A DNA stretch of 63,984 bases, counting the filler, from Octopus bimaculoides (Eukaryota), in assembly GCF_001194135.2 (NCBI RefSeq). It is 5 parts of 5 records of this genome, joined end to end, with 100 filler letters (N's around TTAATTAATTAA, not from the genome) between each part and the next. Parts side by side here need not be neighbours in the genome. Positions count along the whole stretch, not along the records: positions 41,175 to 57,256 come from NC_068982.1; positions 57,357 to 62,493 come from NW_026426463.1; 3 more parts are not named here. The stretch is one strand, 5' to 3'. Below are positions 47,471 to 61,269 of this stretch, one piece after another (the first letter of the stretch is position 1; each line of letters begins with the position of its first letter). The notes below the pieces were generated by a model. It had not been told where the DNA came from. It searched no databases and was given only the letters and a program-made list of their open reading frames with translations. The position numbers and the translations under genes are program-made.

Positions 47471-50400
47471 AGTAAACAAGTGTCGCTTTAGTCTGTTAGA
47501 TGCCGCCTTAGTCTGCTAGATGTGAACAGCTGACAATGAAATATACCCAATAAAATAAGGTGGGGCTTTTATGATATCATAATAATAACTTTTAGCTTAG
47601 ACACAAGGTAAAAAATTTGTAGGGAATGGTACCGTCAAGTATGTCGACCCTAGTACTTGAATAATACGAGTTTTCTCGAAGTATGAATGGTAATAACGCC
47701 GTCGATGAGAGGAACTGAACTGAAGTAAACTAAAAGGCACTCGAATAAATAAATCAAGTTACTTTTTCCGATGCTCTAGTGACTTTTCTATTACCAATTC
47801 AGCAAATATCTAGTATAAGTATAGTTTATTCATTTTGGGGAAACACTAGGCTTGATCTTATTGACACCAGTACTCAATTGTTACTTATCAACGGCAGATG
47901 TACGCATGACAAAGTCATCTATGACTGTCTTTGAATTCAGAGAATAGAATACTAAATTATGTAACACAAGTATTCTTTTCTACTGGTTCTGTTAGTTTTA
48001 ACGTAATGTCAAAAGAAAAATAATATATTGTGCAATGTAGAGCGGACATAAAATGCGGTGTTAGGCTTCCTAAATTTAGGTAATGGAGATATCTATTTCC
48101 GTAAACACGCACGCAAGAAAAGTTAGTAAGAAGGCACTAAGTCGAAACAAAAATGCAAATTATGAGGCATTAATCAATTGGGTAGTTTTTATTTTATAAA
48201 GAGAAATTTGGGAAATATAACTCAGTACACGCACAGACACGCGCGCGCGTGTGTGAGAGTGCTTGTATGAGTAATCCGAAAATCATTTATTTCTAGGCCC
48301 TTTAATTTACTTATTATACACTAGAAACCTAATGACATAGAGGCCAGAACGCAAAGAAAATATCAACTCTATTCTCCAACCAGAGAGTAAAAGGTTTGAG
48401 GCTAGAGCCTTTCAAAACTGATGAAAATGTTATTTTCAGGAAACTGTAAGACATTTAAATTTACTTTGAATCATGAATTTAACTTTTCAATGTTTTTCTT
48501 TCTCTAATCTTCGTCAGACAGAAATCCTCCTTCACATCCTCTCACTCCAAGCCGTAGCCCTCTACTTTCCCAATAACTACCTTCACACATTCGTTTTACC
48601 TGACAGAAATAGCTCTTTCTTAAATATATTATACAATGTTTGAAGTGACGGCTTCTTTGGGGAAAACAGACAATAAATTATTAAAATTCTAGAATCATCC
48701 CAATAACAGAAATCTTGCACCATACACAAAAGCACAAACTAAAGTACAAAAAGCTCATTGAACATTTGCTTGATCCACAATAAAAAATGTTCGGGTCATG
48801 AGAATTGATGTTCTGTTACAATACCGTTCCAATGACTTTGTCTCACCTAGTACACGGACTGCTCAGTAATAAATGGGACTATGTGTAAATGTCACATGTT
48901 GAATAGGGTGTGCAATGTAACACAAACAGCCTGGACGCACCTTAATAAAATAAACCTCACCATGCCACATGCATAATACCTGAAACAAGTTGACACTGAT
49001 GCATACAAAGCAATACAGTACACACATTCCTAATTGTATATCAATAGGGCTAAACCTGCCATACCATAGTAGATGCCTCGTAACATATCGAAATCATGTA
49101 TTCAGTACAGAGATACCTCAAATGACAATTAGTTACAGAGAACAATATGAACTTGAAACGTAAACCTAGAAGTTAAAAAGGATATATAAAGCGAAGTGTA
49201 GGTAATCGTTCCACCACCAGCCCCATCAATCGCTTTATCGAGAAAAAAACTCCAATTAAACTACACCGACATACTACTAACCACCATAACCATTGAAGAC
49301 ATCGGTGTATAAAACATTCTGGTACAAAAAAACAATAGAAATAGCATAAAAGGGTATTCAATAGCAACACAGTTGCATCTTAACTACACAGAGTCAACAT
49401 ATCCACTTATCTTATTTAACTTAAATACGTACGTCTCTCCAAGCATAATATTTTTTGCATATTTAGCTACTACAACCACACGTCAAGGTAATATAATAAT
49501 CTTTGCTCCATTGAACTGGCTGGTCTTCTATTTCCATAATTCAGGTATCTCGACCCACTCGACTCTCCACCTCTCATCGCCTTTGGTGTGTTCAACCCCA
49601 CTTTGCTTTCCCTGACTACTGTGCCTATTCCTTCATCTTCACAGCACCCTTCCTCTAGAATCGCCTCCTAGCTCATGTCTTCCCAGTAGATGTTGACCTG
49701 CAACGATTTTAACAGAACATTGACTGCATCATTTTCACTAGTCTTGGAGCTCCTGCGAGGGTAATAGATTCTGTCCCTTCCTCCAGACTCTATTTTTACT
49801 TGATGAGTTTGGAAGAAGCCATCTTTCGAGTCGCTGATGACAATCTAATAAACACAGTATCAGGATTACATGCCAATGTATAAAAGTAAATGTTTATAAA
49901 CTTTAAGCCAGATGCGTAGAACCACTTTTTCCGAAAAGATAAAACACTGTATTTAATTTCACTACCATTACCGACATAGACACTGCCGAGTTAACGAGAA
50001 AAATCTTCTTCAGTCCACGCTACACCGTTTTAAGAAAGAAAGAACAATCTTCATATCTACAGGAGTGCTAAAAGCATATTCGACGCCAATGGATAATCTG
50101 TAAAAGACATTCGATTGAACTGTAGGACAACCTGTTCCTGATGAAATATTGCGAGTGGATTACATAATGAAAATATTTTCAAAACAGTAGATTGTAGCTG
50201 AACGCTATTGCAAACATCATTTGAATATCATGTATTTCACTGGCATCATCAACTACATAGTAAGAATATGTATTGGTACAAATAACAAATTGTTTTTACT
50301 TTAAACTGAGAACATCATCTTAGAAGTCAGCAGAGGATTTTGCAAAACACACAGAATTTTATAACGTCACGCAGCTCAAGAACTGCTAATAAGACAGAAG

Positions 50401-52183
50401 TGTAAAAAGAAATCCTCTGTATTGCAGCTAACCTGAAAGTATTCCACTAGCTCAAAAATGATACCAACATCAATGGGGAGTGCAAATCCTTAGACTAATG
50501 ACCCATAAAGAATATTTAATTTTCAAAGTTGTGCGGTTGCGATCAAATAAAAGAACTAAAGCACATCCCAAATACAAGCATTATAAAAGACTTTAAACAC
50601 CTCTTGGCGGGATCGAAAACATGGATTATATCATATTTCTGGAGACGCGACATGCCACAACTCACAACATTTTGTTCCCCAAATAAGACATGAATCTATT
50701 TCAAAACGACATACAATATTATTCATAAGTATTGTTATTACGTAAGCCTAAAGGATGCCATTACTTAAGCATCTCTGCATTTTAAATCTAATAATGACGT
50801 GATGTTCCTCTTAAGACTTCAAGCAAATACAAGCTTAACAGAATTTATCACCTCGAATAGAAAGCAGAAAGACATTGATTATTGTCCCATTTAGTTGCCC
50901 AGCTGATGGGAATATTTGATCTAAAGTCACTTTCCAAAATTACTTTAGATTAATTTTGAAGAACAAAAATAAACAGAGGGACAGTTGCTGAAGAAGTTGC
51001 GCTTTTAACTGCTGGTTATCCACTGGTTTGGATGAATAATTATTACTAAATTACTATGTAAATAGCCTTGGAAAGTTTTGCGTCTTAAAGAATGATATAG
51101 AAACACTTCATATATCCTTTGAAATCTCAGTCTAAAGACGGGATAGCAATAATATTCAATATTTTTCTGGAGTACAGCATGTGACTCTTCATAGTTATTA
51201 TTGTCTAAATAACAATGCAGGAACATTTGTCTTCGAGTCTACAGCTTCTAATAACAGAAACTTCAAGGAGAAAATGATGAAAAAGAATTAGACATGTTTA
51301 GTATTTATTGATATGCAGTTATAATTATATATGAGTTTCTTATTAAATTTAGAAATTTCGCATCATTGCATTCGCTATTTAGAAACACAAAATTTTTCCC
51401 AGTCCAAATTTCAAACAAATTGAATTTAAATTAATTAATGACATATCCTTTACTAACTAAAAGAATATATTTTGAAAAATAAATAAAATGCCAACATAGG
51501 AAGGAATGCAATAGAAAGAAATGAGAAAAATGACAATGAAACAAGAAAAATATTAGTGTTTTTAATTACGTTCTTACCTTATAGGAAAGTAAATTATCAG
51601 TTTTGTAAGCTGTCGACTGAAATTGGATTAACAGCTTATAACATTTCTATAATTATGACGAAATCCGATTTATTCAAATATCTTATACATCATATTTTAC
51701 CCGTTCTAATTACACTCTACAAAAGCGATATTATTATCAGGCTCTGTAAGTAATTGCTGCGATGCTTTTCGAGAAACAATCAATCTACAGAAATATCAAA
51801 ACTAGCGAGTGTTAAATTTATCTTCTTACAAGGGTTGCAGATGGATTAGGTCAAAGACTTTTGGGAGAAGATTCTTATTTTGATAAGCCTTACGTTCCTA
51901 TAGAAACACACACGTATATACACACACGCATATATACGTGTAGATATTTATACACTTCCAGATTATATATATATACACATACATATGTGTATACATGTGG
52001 CTATGCTTGTGTATATGTGCATGTGTATGTGTGTGATTACATACACAAATATTTACATTTACGTCTATCATTGATACCATGAAGTATATAAAAAATATGC
52101 CTGTTCGCATATACAAATGCATAAGGTCTGTTATGTTTATATGTGCATGTATACATGTATATGTGTGTGTGTGTGCGCGCGTG

Positions 52184-52386
52184 TGTATAAGAGTTTATAC
52201 ACGAGGAGGAGACCACCATGTGGATTCCTTACGTGCTAGAGAAGGCAGTCAAAACCCAAACCACGAAAGAGAGACTCTTACATTGCACGCTACTTGTAGG
52301 ACACTTGAATAAATAAAAATTTCAGTTAACTGACATCTTTATTCATTCACATGGAGGTCTTCTCTCTGTGTATAAACTCTTATACA
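52184..52386. mobile_element. ~200-bp MITE with ~39-bp imperfect TIRs
   Basis: tgtataagagtttatacac..gagaccaccatgtg mirrored by cacatggaggtc..gtgtataaactcttataca. Confidence 0.8.
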
Positions 52387-52558
52387 ATATTATATTATAA
52401 AAATATTTATGTCTGTTGACTTTTATTACGCATGCTAACGACTGGTATCATCGTCATCAATAGTATTAATACGCTAACTTTTTCTTTTTGTACGTACCTG
52501 TGGTGTGTGTCACACTTCAAAGTGGTAAAGCGAGAGAGAGGAGGACAGAGGGGAAGTA

Positions 52559-52591
<33 letters not shown>

Positions 52592-53089
52592 AAGAAAGAA
52601 AGAGAGAGAGGAAGAGAGAGAGCGGGAAAGAGACAGTGAGTGGTGACAGCGTTCGTTTTGTCTTTTTAAATGTTTCAGAGAGGACCTAAGAGAGAAAGAA
52701 AGAGAGTGAGAGAGAGAGAAAAAGTGAATGGGAAAGAGAGAGAGAGAGAGAGAGTAAAAGAAACAGTGAGTGGTGACGGCGTTCATCGCAAGAGAAGTAG
52801 ATACATGGATGCATATACACATTGTTAAATCAAAAGCGGGAGAGAAGAGGGACACAAAGGAAGTTAATGTGAGAGAGAGGTGGGAGAGAAAGAGAGAGGT
52901 GGGAGAGAAAGAGAGAGGTGGGAGAGAAAGAGAGAGGTGAAAACTTTGTAGTAGATTATCTGAGACTTACTGTCTGTCTGTCTGCCTGCCTCTCTCACTA
53001 GGTATGTACTTGTGTATGTGTGTGCATGTATGTGTATGATTGTATGTATATGATTGTGCGCTGGATCTCTCTCGACATACCAGCAAACC

Positions 53090-53164
53090 ACAAAATCGCA
53101 CCAGCCAGCATTACACCTACCTCCAAGCCATCATGTATGTATGTATGTATGTATGTGTGTGTGT

Positions 53165-53217
<53 letters not shown>

Positions 53218-53745
53218 TGTCTGTTTGTTCCACCACCATCATTGCTTCACACCGATGTTGGTGCGTTTGCGTCTCTGTGATTTCGCTGTTCAGCAGAAGA
53301 GACTGATAGAATAAGCACCAGGCTTACAGGGAATAAGTCCAGGGGTCAATTTCTTCGACTAAAGGGTGGTGCTCTAGCATGGCCACCGTCAAATGACTGA
53401 AACAACTAAAAGAATGAAAGAATATCAGAAAAACGTTCCGTACCACTCAACCAAGAAGGTTCTTTGAATACGTACGATGTATTTTAAGGTTAAATAGTAA
53501 TTCCGTTTACGTTTGTGTAACTAACATATTTTGGTTGGATTATATAGTCATTGGTGTTACATTACTTTCTATATTCTGTAACTGTCACAATATACTTTTC
53601 TAGGCCTGACATTTTTGTGGGGAGGGAGCCAGTTGATTAGATCGACGCAGTACACAACTGGTACTTAATTTATCGAGCCCCAAGGACGAAAGGCAAAGTC
53701 AACCTAGGCAGAATTTGAACTGAGAACAGAAAGACAGACGGTCAT
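53090..53745. mobile_element. SINE B 3' portion (+, to about 53415) and SINE A (-, 53595-53745)
   Basis: ggtgctctagcatggccaccgtcaaatgactgaaac tail; aaggcaaagtcaacctaggcagaatttgaactgag. Confidence 0.82.
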
Positions 53746-53866
53746 AATATGCAAACATTCCGCATGGCACCAGTACACTGTTTATAGATGCTTACATTTT
53801 TTTGTGTTTTCGTTAATTTTTCACGGGTCCAGCTAGCTAACTATTAATTTAATAATTTTTACCCTG

Positions 53867-53927
<61 letters not shown>

Positions 53928-53932
53928 TTATT

Positions 53933-53964
<32 letters not shown>

Positions 53965-54368
53965 TGTATAAGCATGTGTGTTTGTGTTTGTGAGTATGTG
54001 TGCGTGTGTGTGTGTGCGTGTGTGTATGTGTGTGTGTGTATGTGTGTATACGCACATACATACATAAAGATAGTGATGTATGAGGTTTCATGAGGGAGCC
54101 AGGCAGTTTGGTGCAGAGATGCGTACAAATTTACATTTTTGTCAACGGGGTCTAATTGATGACATACATTAATTCACTTCATATCTTTTATAAAATACAG
54201 ATGCACATGTCCGCATTTCTCTTGGTGAACGACCTTAACTAATTTTCACATGTGAAGGAACAATATCTTCTTTTAATGCGCTCATCTAGAATTACAATAT
54301 GTAAACTTTTCGGCATTTTTATTATAAACCGAAAGAAATAAACTAGAATCTAGTATAAACATTTTCCT

Positions 54369-54369
54369 A

Positions 54370-54424
<55 letters not shown>

Positions 54425-54478
54425 GTTGCTGCTGCTGCCACTACTACTACAACTACTGCTGCTGCTGCTGCTGCTGCA
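54369..54478. repeat. (CTA)n/(CTG)n microsatellite
   Basis: Direct observation. Confidence 0.95.
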
Positions 54479-54844
54479 GAATTGGCAGTGGTAAATACTT
54501 TCGATTTCTGACTACATAAAAATCGAGTGTCATAAATAAATTGCTATTCTTGGGTTTTGAGATATTAAAACACGGCTATATTTAAGTATTTAATAGGATG
54601 CATTGTCATTAGCGTGGCATTCATATGCCTGTGGAAAGATATTTTAACGCTCAATGATTCAACTTGTCATGCATTAAATACATATTGGGTTGTTTGATAA
54701 GTACCTTAGTTCTTTCCAGGGTTATTTCAATTAATATGAAAAATATTTTTATCGTAGGGTTCCATGATTGTTTTGTTTTTTTTTGTATCTCTGTCCTTCC
54801 CTTTGTTTATCGCTCTTGAAGTTTGAATAAATTTTATCACTTTT

Positions 54845-55270
54845 CAGAAACGACGATGGTGTTTCGTGCAATGTACGGAGAATGCGCTATTATTGAAAGA
54901 ACTGGATGGAGATGGGAATTGGATCAGCAGATGGATTGCCTTTGCGGTACTGTTGCCTTTTACTCGATAGGGAAGGCCCAAAAACTCGATGCTACATGTT
55001 CTTGACAAAAGAGACTAACTCCAGCCACTTCTATTCAGTAGCTCGATTGGGTAGTTCAACCGCATCAACCGTGCTTTTCCTGATATCGCGCCGTCGGATT
55101 ATCACCTTTATCGGTCGCTACCCAGCAGTCTCCTAGGAGTTTCGTTCTACAAAATCACGGAGCTGAAAACGTGGCACAATGAATTCTTTTGAGTCAGAAG
55201 CGGCTGATCTCTACCATCAAAGCTGGAACACTGGCAAGAAGTTGTGAAGAATGCAGAATATATTATTACA
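54845..55270 (+). mobile_element. Internally deleted mariner transposase relic
   Basis: AMYGECAIIERT, FPDIAPSDYHLYRSL and WQEVVKNAEYII. Confidence 0.85.
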
Positions 55271-56629
55271 TTTTTTCTCTTTTTGGAGAGGAAGTGTTGC
55301 CAAAAATTAAGGACTAAAATAACGGGGAAAAAAAGAACGAATTTATCTGACCGGACTATGTTTTGATTATTAATAGAGAGAGATGCAATGTAAAATTCAT
55401 GAGTTGCAGTAAATTTTAAAGTCTTACAGTGTTAGCGCTGTTTGCGAGAAACGCTTATACACCAGCCCAATTTCAAACAATTTCATATAAACTATCTAAA
55501 ATAAAGTGTTACTTTGTGTTGGGTGGTGGTGTTATTATGTGTCTGTATGTTTGTGTACTTTATACGTAGGTGTATGTGTGTGAAAGAATAATTGAGGAAA
55601 ATTACCCAGAATGTGTAAAAGTTGCACATCTCTTTAAAAAAGGAAACGAAATTTGGTTTGGTTATTTTATAGCGATAATTGTTTTTTTTTTAATAGAAAC
55701 CTAGTAAAGACTGAAGAGTACACTTTGACAGTGTTAATATAATACTGAGAGTACTATTCGATTTCCTTTTGGCGTATGTACTAATTTTGTTTTAAAACAA
55801 TCTCATGTAACAACTTTCATTTGTACTGAATCATTTTGTTGGCTCTTAATTAGCTTCCTAATTTGCTGTTTAATTGCAGCTTTAGCTCCACCAATACACT
55901 ATAATTAATTACTTACTAAGTTTCTTTCATCATTAAAATTTTTTCTCTAACGCTTCTCAAAATCTAGAGCTGTATAAGTTTACAGATTATATTACTATTT
56001 TTTGGGGTACTGATGATTAAGAATAATCCTTCAACGATTATTTGTAATTTTTTCTATACGCCCATATTGTATTAGAAAATGAATAAAATCTGCAAGATCT
56101 TACATATGAATTCTGTTGCAGCACCCAAAATCTTTGATTTGTAATGACGTAAAATATAATTAGCTAAGCTTCAGAAACACTTATGTTAGCGACCCCTTGA
56201 CGACATAAGCTTAGAGCCATTTAAAACCACTTAAATCACAATGTATCAAAAAAATAAGTAATAAACTTCACTCCAAGAGTTTATTGAAAATTTTAGAATC
56301 TATCGTTATACATGGAAAGTAACGGAAATCTACTACACTCTATTTTCTCTGGGACACGAGGACAGCCATAGTAAATCATAATGACACATATATGGTGCAT
56401 ACGCCATTGGATTATTATTTATTTATTTTTTATATAGTGAAGCTAAAGCAATCATCCTAACACAGGTATCCATAATTTGGAAATATCTTAAGATGTGTAT
56501 TTAGTAATGAAAACTAGTACTGTTATTTAATTAATTTCTCCAAACATTGGGGTTGTCCCCTCCCCCACTGCTTTTCTTGACAACAAGCAGTCCTAAGTAT
56601 TATAAATTTATTCACGTCATTTTAGATGA

Positions 56630-56825
56630 AAATTTAGCAGAATCGTTGATGCATCGGACGAGATGTTAAGCAGCATTTCATCCGGCTCTTTACTTACTAA
56701 GTTTTAAAATTGCAAATGACAACTCTGTCTTTCATCCTTCCGAATTCAAGTACTGAAGTAGATATAACCGACTAAAGCCTCCCCTAAAACTGCTGGCCTT
56801 GTGCCAAAATTTGAAACAATTATGG
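56630..56825 (+). mobile_element. Degenerate SINE family A
   Basis: gcagaatcgttg head; gctggccttgtgccaaaatttgaaac tail. Confidence 0.7.
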
Positions 56826-57217
56826 ATACAACTTTAACTAATGTCAACTTAATTAATGAAACAGTTGTCAGTTCTGGATGCAATGTTTCAGTATTCAGTA
56901 TTTCCGTATACAGTGGGGCAACACACTTCAAAGATTTCGAGAACACAACACATTCCCTTCTTTCAGGCACATATTTTCTTATGGGAGTAAATAAATATTT
57001 CATCTTCTTGCTCATCCACGAATCTACGTCCGCGCTCAGCTTTTCTTCACATACAATTACAGATGGAAGAATTCCCGTATGCAGTAATACATATAAATGC
57101 ATGCATATGAAATCTAGTTACATAGATGTATTATTATTTTAGTGTAGTAATATGGACAAAGAAATGGGTGAGTGCGTGTGTGTGTGTGTGTACGTAAACA
57201 CTATGTCCGTGTGTGTT

Positions 57218-57256
<39 letters not shown>

Positions 57257-57356
57257 NNNNNNNNNNNNNNNNNNNNNNNNNNNNNNNNNNNNNNNNNNNN
57301 TTAATTAATTAANNNNNNNNNNNNNNNNNNNNNNNNNNNNNNNNNNNNNNNNNNNN

Positions 57357-57395
<39 letters not shown>

Positions 57396-57649
57396 TATAT
57401 CTCACACTGTATTAGTGCACGATACAAAGGTGACATACATAGAAATCACGTTATAAAATATACAGACACACACACATACATATATATGTGTATATGTGTA
57501 TGTATATACATATATATAGGCATGCGTATACATATTTAGAAATACATTCATAGATATTTGTCAAAAACTGATACAGTCGAATCTTAGCATCATCACCGCC
57601 ATCACTCAATACACATTCACACATATATATATCTCTCACGGCATCGCAT

Positions 57650-57846
57650 CATTATAGCTTTCAAATGACGTTACTCAGTTGGCAAGGCTATTCCGTCGCA
57701 GGGTGTACACATTTACAGCCGAGTAGACTGGAGCAACATCAAGTGAAGTGTTTTGCTCAAGAACACAACGTGCTTCCCGGTGCGGGAATCGAACTCATGA
57801 TCTGGCGATCATGAGGGCAACACCCTGACCACTAGGCCACGCACCT
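57650..57846 (-). mobile_element. SINE family D
   Basis: gactggagcaac..gtgaagtgttttgctcaagaacacaac..gggaatcgaactc..accactaggccacgc. Confidence 0.85.
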
Positions 57847-57876
57847 TCACGCACACATGCGTACATGCACACCTAA

Positions 57877-57909
<33 letters not shown>

Positions 57910-59839
57910 CACATTTATATATATANNNNNNNNNNNNNNNNNNNNNNNNNNNNNNNNNNNNNNNNNNNNNNNNNNNNNNNNNNNNNNNNNNNNNNNNNNN
58001 NNNNNNNNNNNNNNNNNNNNNNNNNNNNNNNNNNNNNNNNNNNNNNNNNNNNNNNNNNNNNNNNNNNNNNNNNNNNNNNNNNNNNNNNNNNNNNNNNNNN
58101 NNNNNNNNNNNNNNNNNNNNNNNNNNNNNNNNNNNNNNNNNNNNNNNNNNNNNNNNNNNNNNNNNNNNNNNNNNNNNNNNNNNNNNNNNNNNNNNNNNNN
58201 NNNNNNNNNNNNNNNNNNNNNNNNNNNNNNNNNNNNNNNNNNNNNNNNNNNNNNNNNNNNNNNNNNNNNNNNNNNNNNNNNNNNNNNNNNNNNNNNNNNN
58301 NNNNNNNNNNNNNNNNNNNNNNNNNNNNNNNNNNNNNNNNNNNNNNNNNNNNNNNNNNNNNNNNNNNNNNNNNNNNNNNNNNNNNNNNNNNNNNNNNNNN
58401 NNNNNNNNNNNNNNNNNNNNNNNNNNNNNNNNNNNNNNNNNNNNNNNNNNNNNNNNNNNNNNNNNNNNNNNNNNNNNNNNNNNNNNNNNNNNNNNNNNNN
58501 NNNNNNNNNNNNNNNNNNNNNNNNNNNNNNNNNNNNNNNNNNNNNNNNNNNNNNNNNNNNNNNNNNNNNNNNNNNNNNNNNNNNNNNNNNNNNNNNNNNN
58601 NNNNNNNNNNNNNNNNNNNNNNNNNNNNNNNNNNNNNNNNNNNNNNNNNNNNNNNNNNNNNNNNNNNNNNNNNNNNNNNNNNNNNNNNNNNNNNNNNNNN
58701 NNNNNNNNNNNNNNNNNNNNNNNNNNNNNNNNNNNNNNNNNNNNNNNNNNNNNNNNNNNNNNNNNNNNNNNNNNNNNNNNNNNNNNNNTGTATCAGAAAA
58801 GTTGTGAGGTAAAATATCATGAAAAAAAAATATAAGTAAGGCAAAAAATTGGATTTAGGTATAATTAACTTTTTCATTTTAAAAACAAACTATATTTTAA
58901 TTAAGCTTAAATGATAAAGCTCAATTCGAGGAGTTTCATGGTATCAATCTCATGCAATGAAGTTTTAAAAGAAAAAAAGTTATGAGCGTTTGTTTCTCAA
59001 ATTTGAGGGTGATAATATAGTTCTATACATTTTTATGAATATAGTTCTATAAGGAGACTTAATATATGTCACCGGCATCAATGAGGTAAGGAAAAAATTA
59101 TCAACAACACTGCTAATTGGCACATAGAAAAATATGAGCAAGAGAAATAATATTCTTAAGATTAATAACCTGGAAAATTACAAGACAAGTTATTCATCTG
59201 GTAAAGTATAGAATAAGAAAATTTTTAATTATTCTATTTTACAGCTAAGGATAAAATTTGAATATTAAAAATTATTTGATTTTAATTTACAAAGTAACAT
59301 TATAATTAAAAAAGGTACTATCAATTTGTTAAAATATTGATACACTAGAATACTTAAAAAATGAAAGTCAGAAGTACCAATATAGCTAAAGTTTTATGCA
59401 AAGCAGAATAGTATATATGGTAGGCAAATTCATTATGTAAAAAATAGGCATTGGGTCAAGATTAAAATGTGAAGACTTGGCAATAACTTAGGCAATAACT
59501 CAAGCAAATTTTACTCTGATTTTGTTGTTATAGGTAGAATTTACTGTAGTATATAACTATTTTTTTGTATTATTCTATTTATTATACTAATTAATTATGA
59601 CTACTATTATTTTTTATAACTTATTTTCAAATTTCTAATTATTAATTCATAATTTTAAAAAATGAATGTTTTTAAAGTGCAAAATATATTTTGAGTTATT
59701 TAAAAATTTTTAATATAAGTACCAAGTAATAACGAATAGAAGTAATAACTTGTAATAAAAGTTTTCGTTTTAATATAAGCTAATATTTTCTAAATCTAAA
59801 TATCTTATTTGAAATTTCATCCTTATCTTNNNNNNNNNN

Positions 59840-59882
<43 letters not shown>

Positions 59883-59934
59883 TATGTATGTGTTTATGTA
59901 CGTATGTATGTATGTATGTATGTATGTATCTATA

Positions 59935-60291
59935 TTATTTTATTTGTTTGTCATTTGACTGCGGTCATGCTGGAGCACCACCTTTAGTCGAAGAAATTGA
60001 CCCCCAAGACTTATTCTTTGTAAGCCTGGTACTTACTCTATCGGCGTTTTTTGCCGAACCACTAAGTTTTGGGGACGTAAACACGCCAACATCGGTTGTC
60101 AAATGATGACGGGGGAACAAATACAGACACGCACACATACATACGACAGGCTTCTTTCAGTTTCCTTTTACCAGATCCATTCACAAAGCTTTAGTTGGCC
60201 CGAGGCTATAGTAGAAGACACTTGCCCAAAGTGCGATGCAGTGGGACTGAACCCGAAACTGTGTGGTTAGGAAGCAAGCTTCTTACCACAC
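59935..60291 (-). mobile_element. SINE family B, near full length
   Basis: tcatttgactgcggtcatgctggagcacc tail to the cttaccacac head. Confidence 0.92.
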
Positions 60292-61269
60292 CTATACAGG
60301 TACATACATACATACATATAAACAAACATACATACATACATATAAACAAACATACATACAACCGGTCGAAGAAAAGGTATCCAAAGTTTGAGAGAAATGC
60401 ATTTTAATTGTAAAAAAAAAGACGATAAAACATTTTTCTGAAATATCTTTAACAACAGCGAATTTTTGGTGAGAACATTGAAAAATCAACAATAGCAACA
60501 ACAACAAAAAATCCCACAAGAAGAAATTCGCATCCATTGTCGTGTTAAAAGTTTTGGACGATATCACAAGGGACTCTTGGAAACCATGTAATATCAACTA
60601 TTGGTTAATCAATATATGTCTAGATGTAGCTGCTATCAATTTGGAACAATACGTAGAAGCTGCCTGAAGGGGAGGATATTGTATTGAAAATACCTGACGG
60701 TAATAAAGCTGTTCTATCTTAAGTAAAATAATCGAACACTGCATACAAGATTTGCGTAAGCTGCCTTTTAGAATTCCTCTTGTCTTTTAATACAATTGTC
60801 AGTCGAATACGATTGCACCTTAAGAGCAGGGAGATGTGGAGAGAAAGAAGTGTATCGGAAATATTTGAATTAATAAACTCAGATTGTGTGATGTAACAAA
60901 AAGAGGTAAAAAAAAACTTACAGAAAACTTGATTACAGTATGGCGTTTCATTCTGTTCTCTAATCATGGCGGCTTGAATCACTGTACCTGACAAATGTAT
61001 CTTGCTGATATATTTGTTACCATTGAAAATGTCACAAATACCTGAACAGTGGCTATCACAAGTTGTATCGTTGTGAAAGTGCACTGACCCATCATAGCTG
61101 TGACGTTGTGAATATACAAAAGCCCATCACGCGTCGTTGTGAAAACACAATATTTTCTCTCGTCTTCAATCTTGACAAAGGACCAGTGTCCAAAACATTG
61201 ATAATGTTTGATTTGTGCACAACATTTACATTCAGTTACTGTTATTTTTTTTTTATTAATTCCACATTT

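Noticed and set aside
48440-48445. Apparent 6-nt plus-strand micro-exon (tttcag|GAAACT|gtaaga)
   Set aside because: Short pyrimidine tract and no supporting plus-strand gene context.
49500-49840. Nearly open 115-codon minus-strand frame
   Set aside because: Contains an internal stop, matches no motif I recognise, and has no coherent splice boundaries.
50138-50190. CTGATGA as a hammerhead core (similar hits at 43167, 44356, 45617, 49837)
   Set aside because: No correctly placed stem II plus GAAA plus NUH and stem I.
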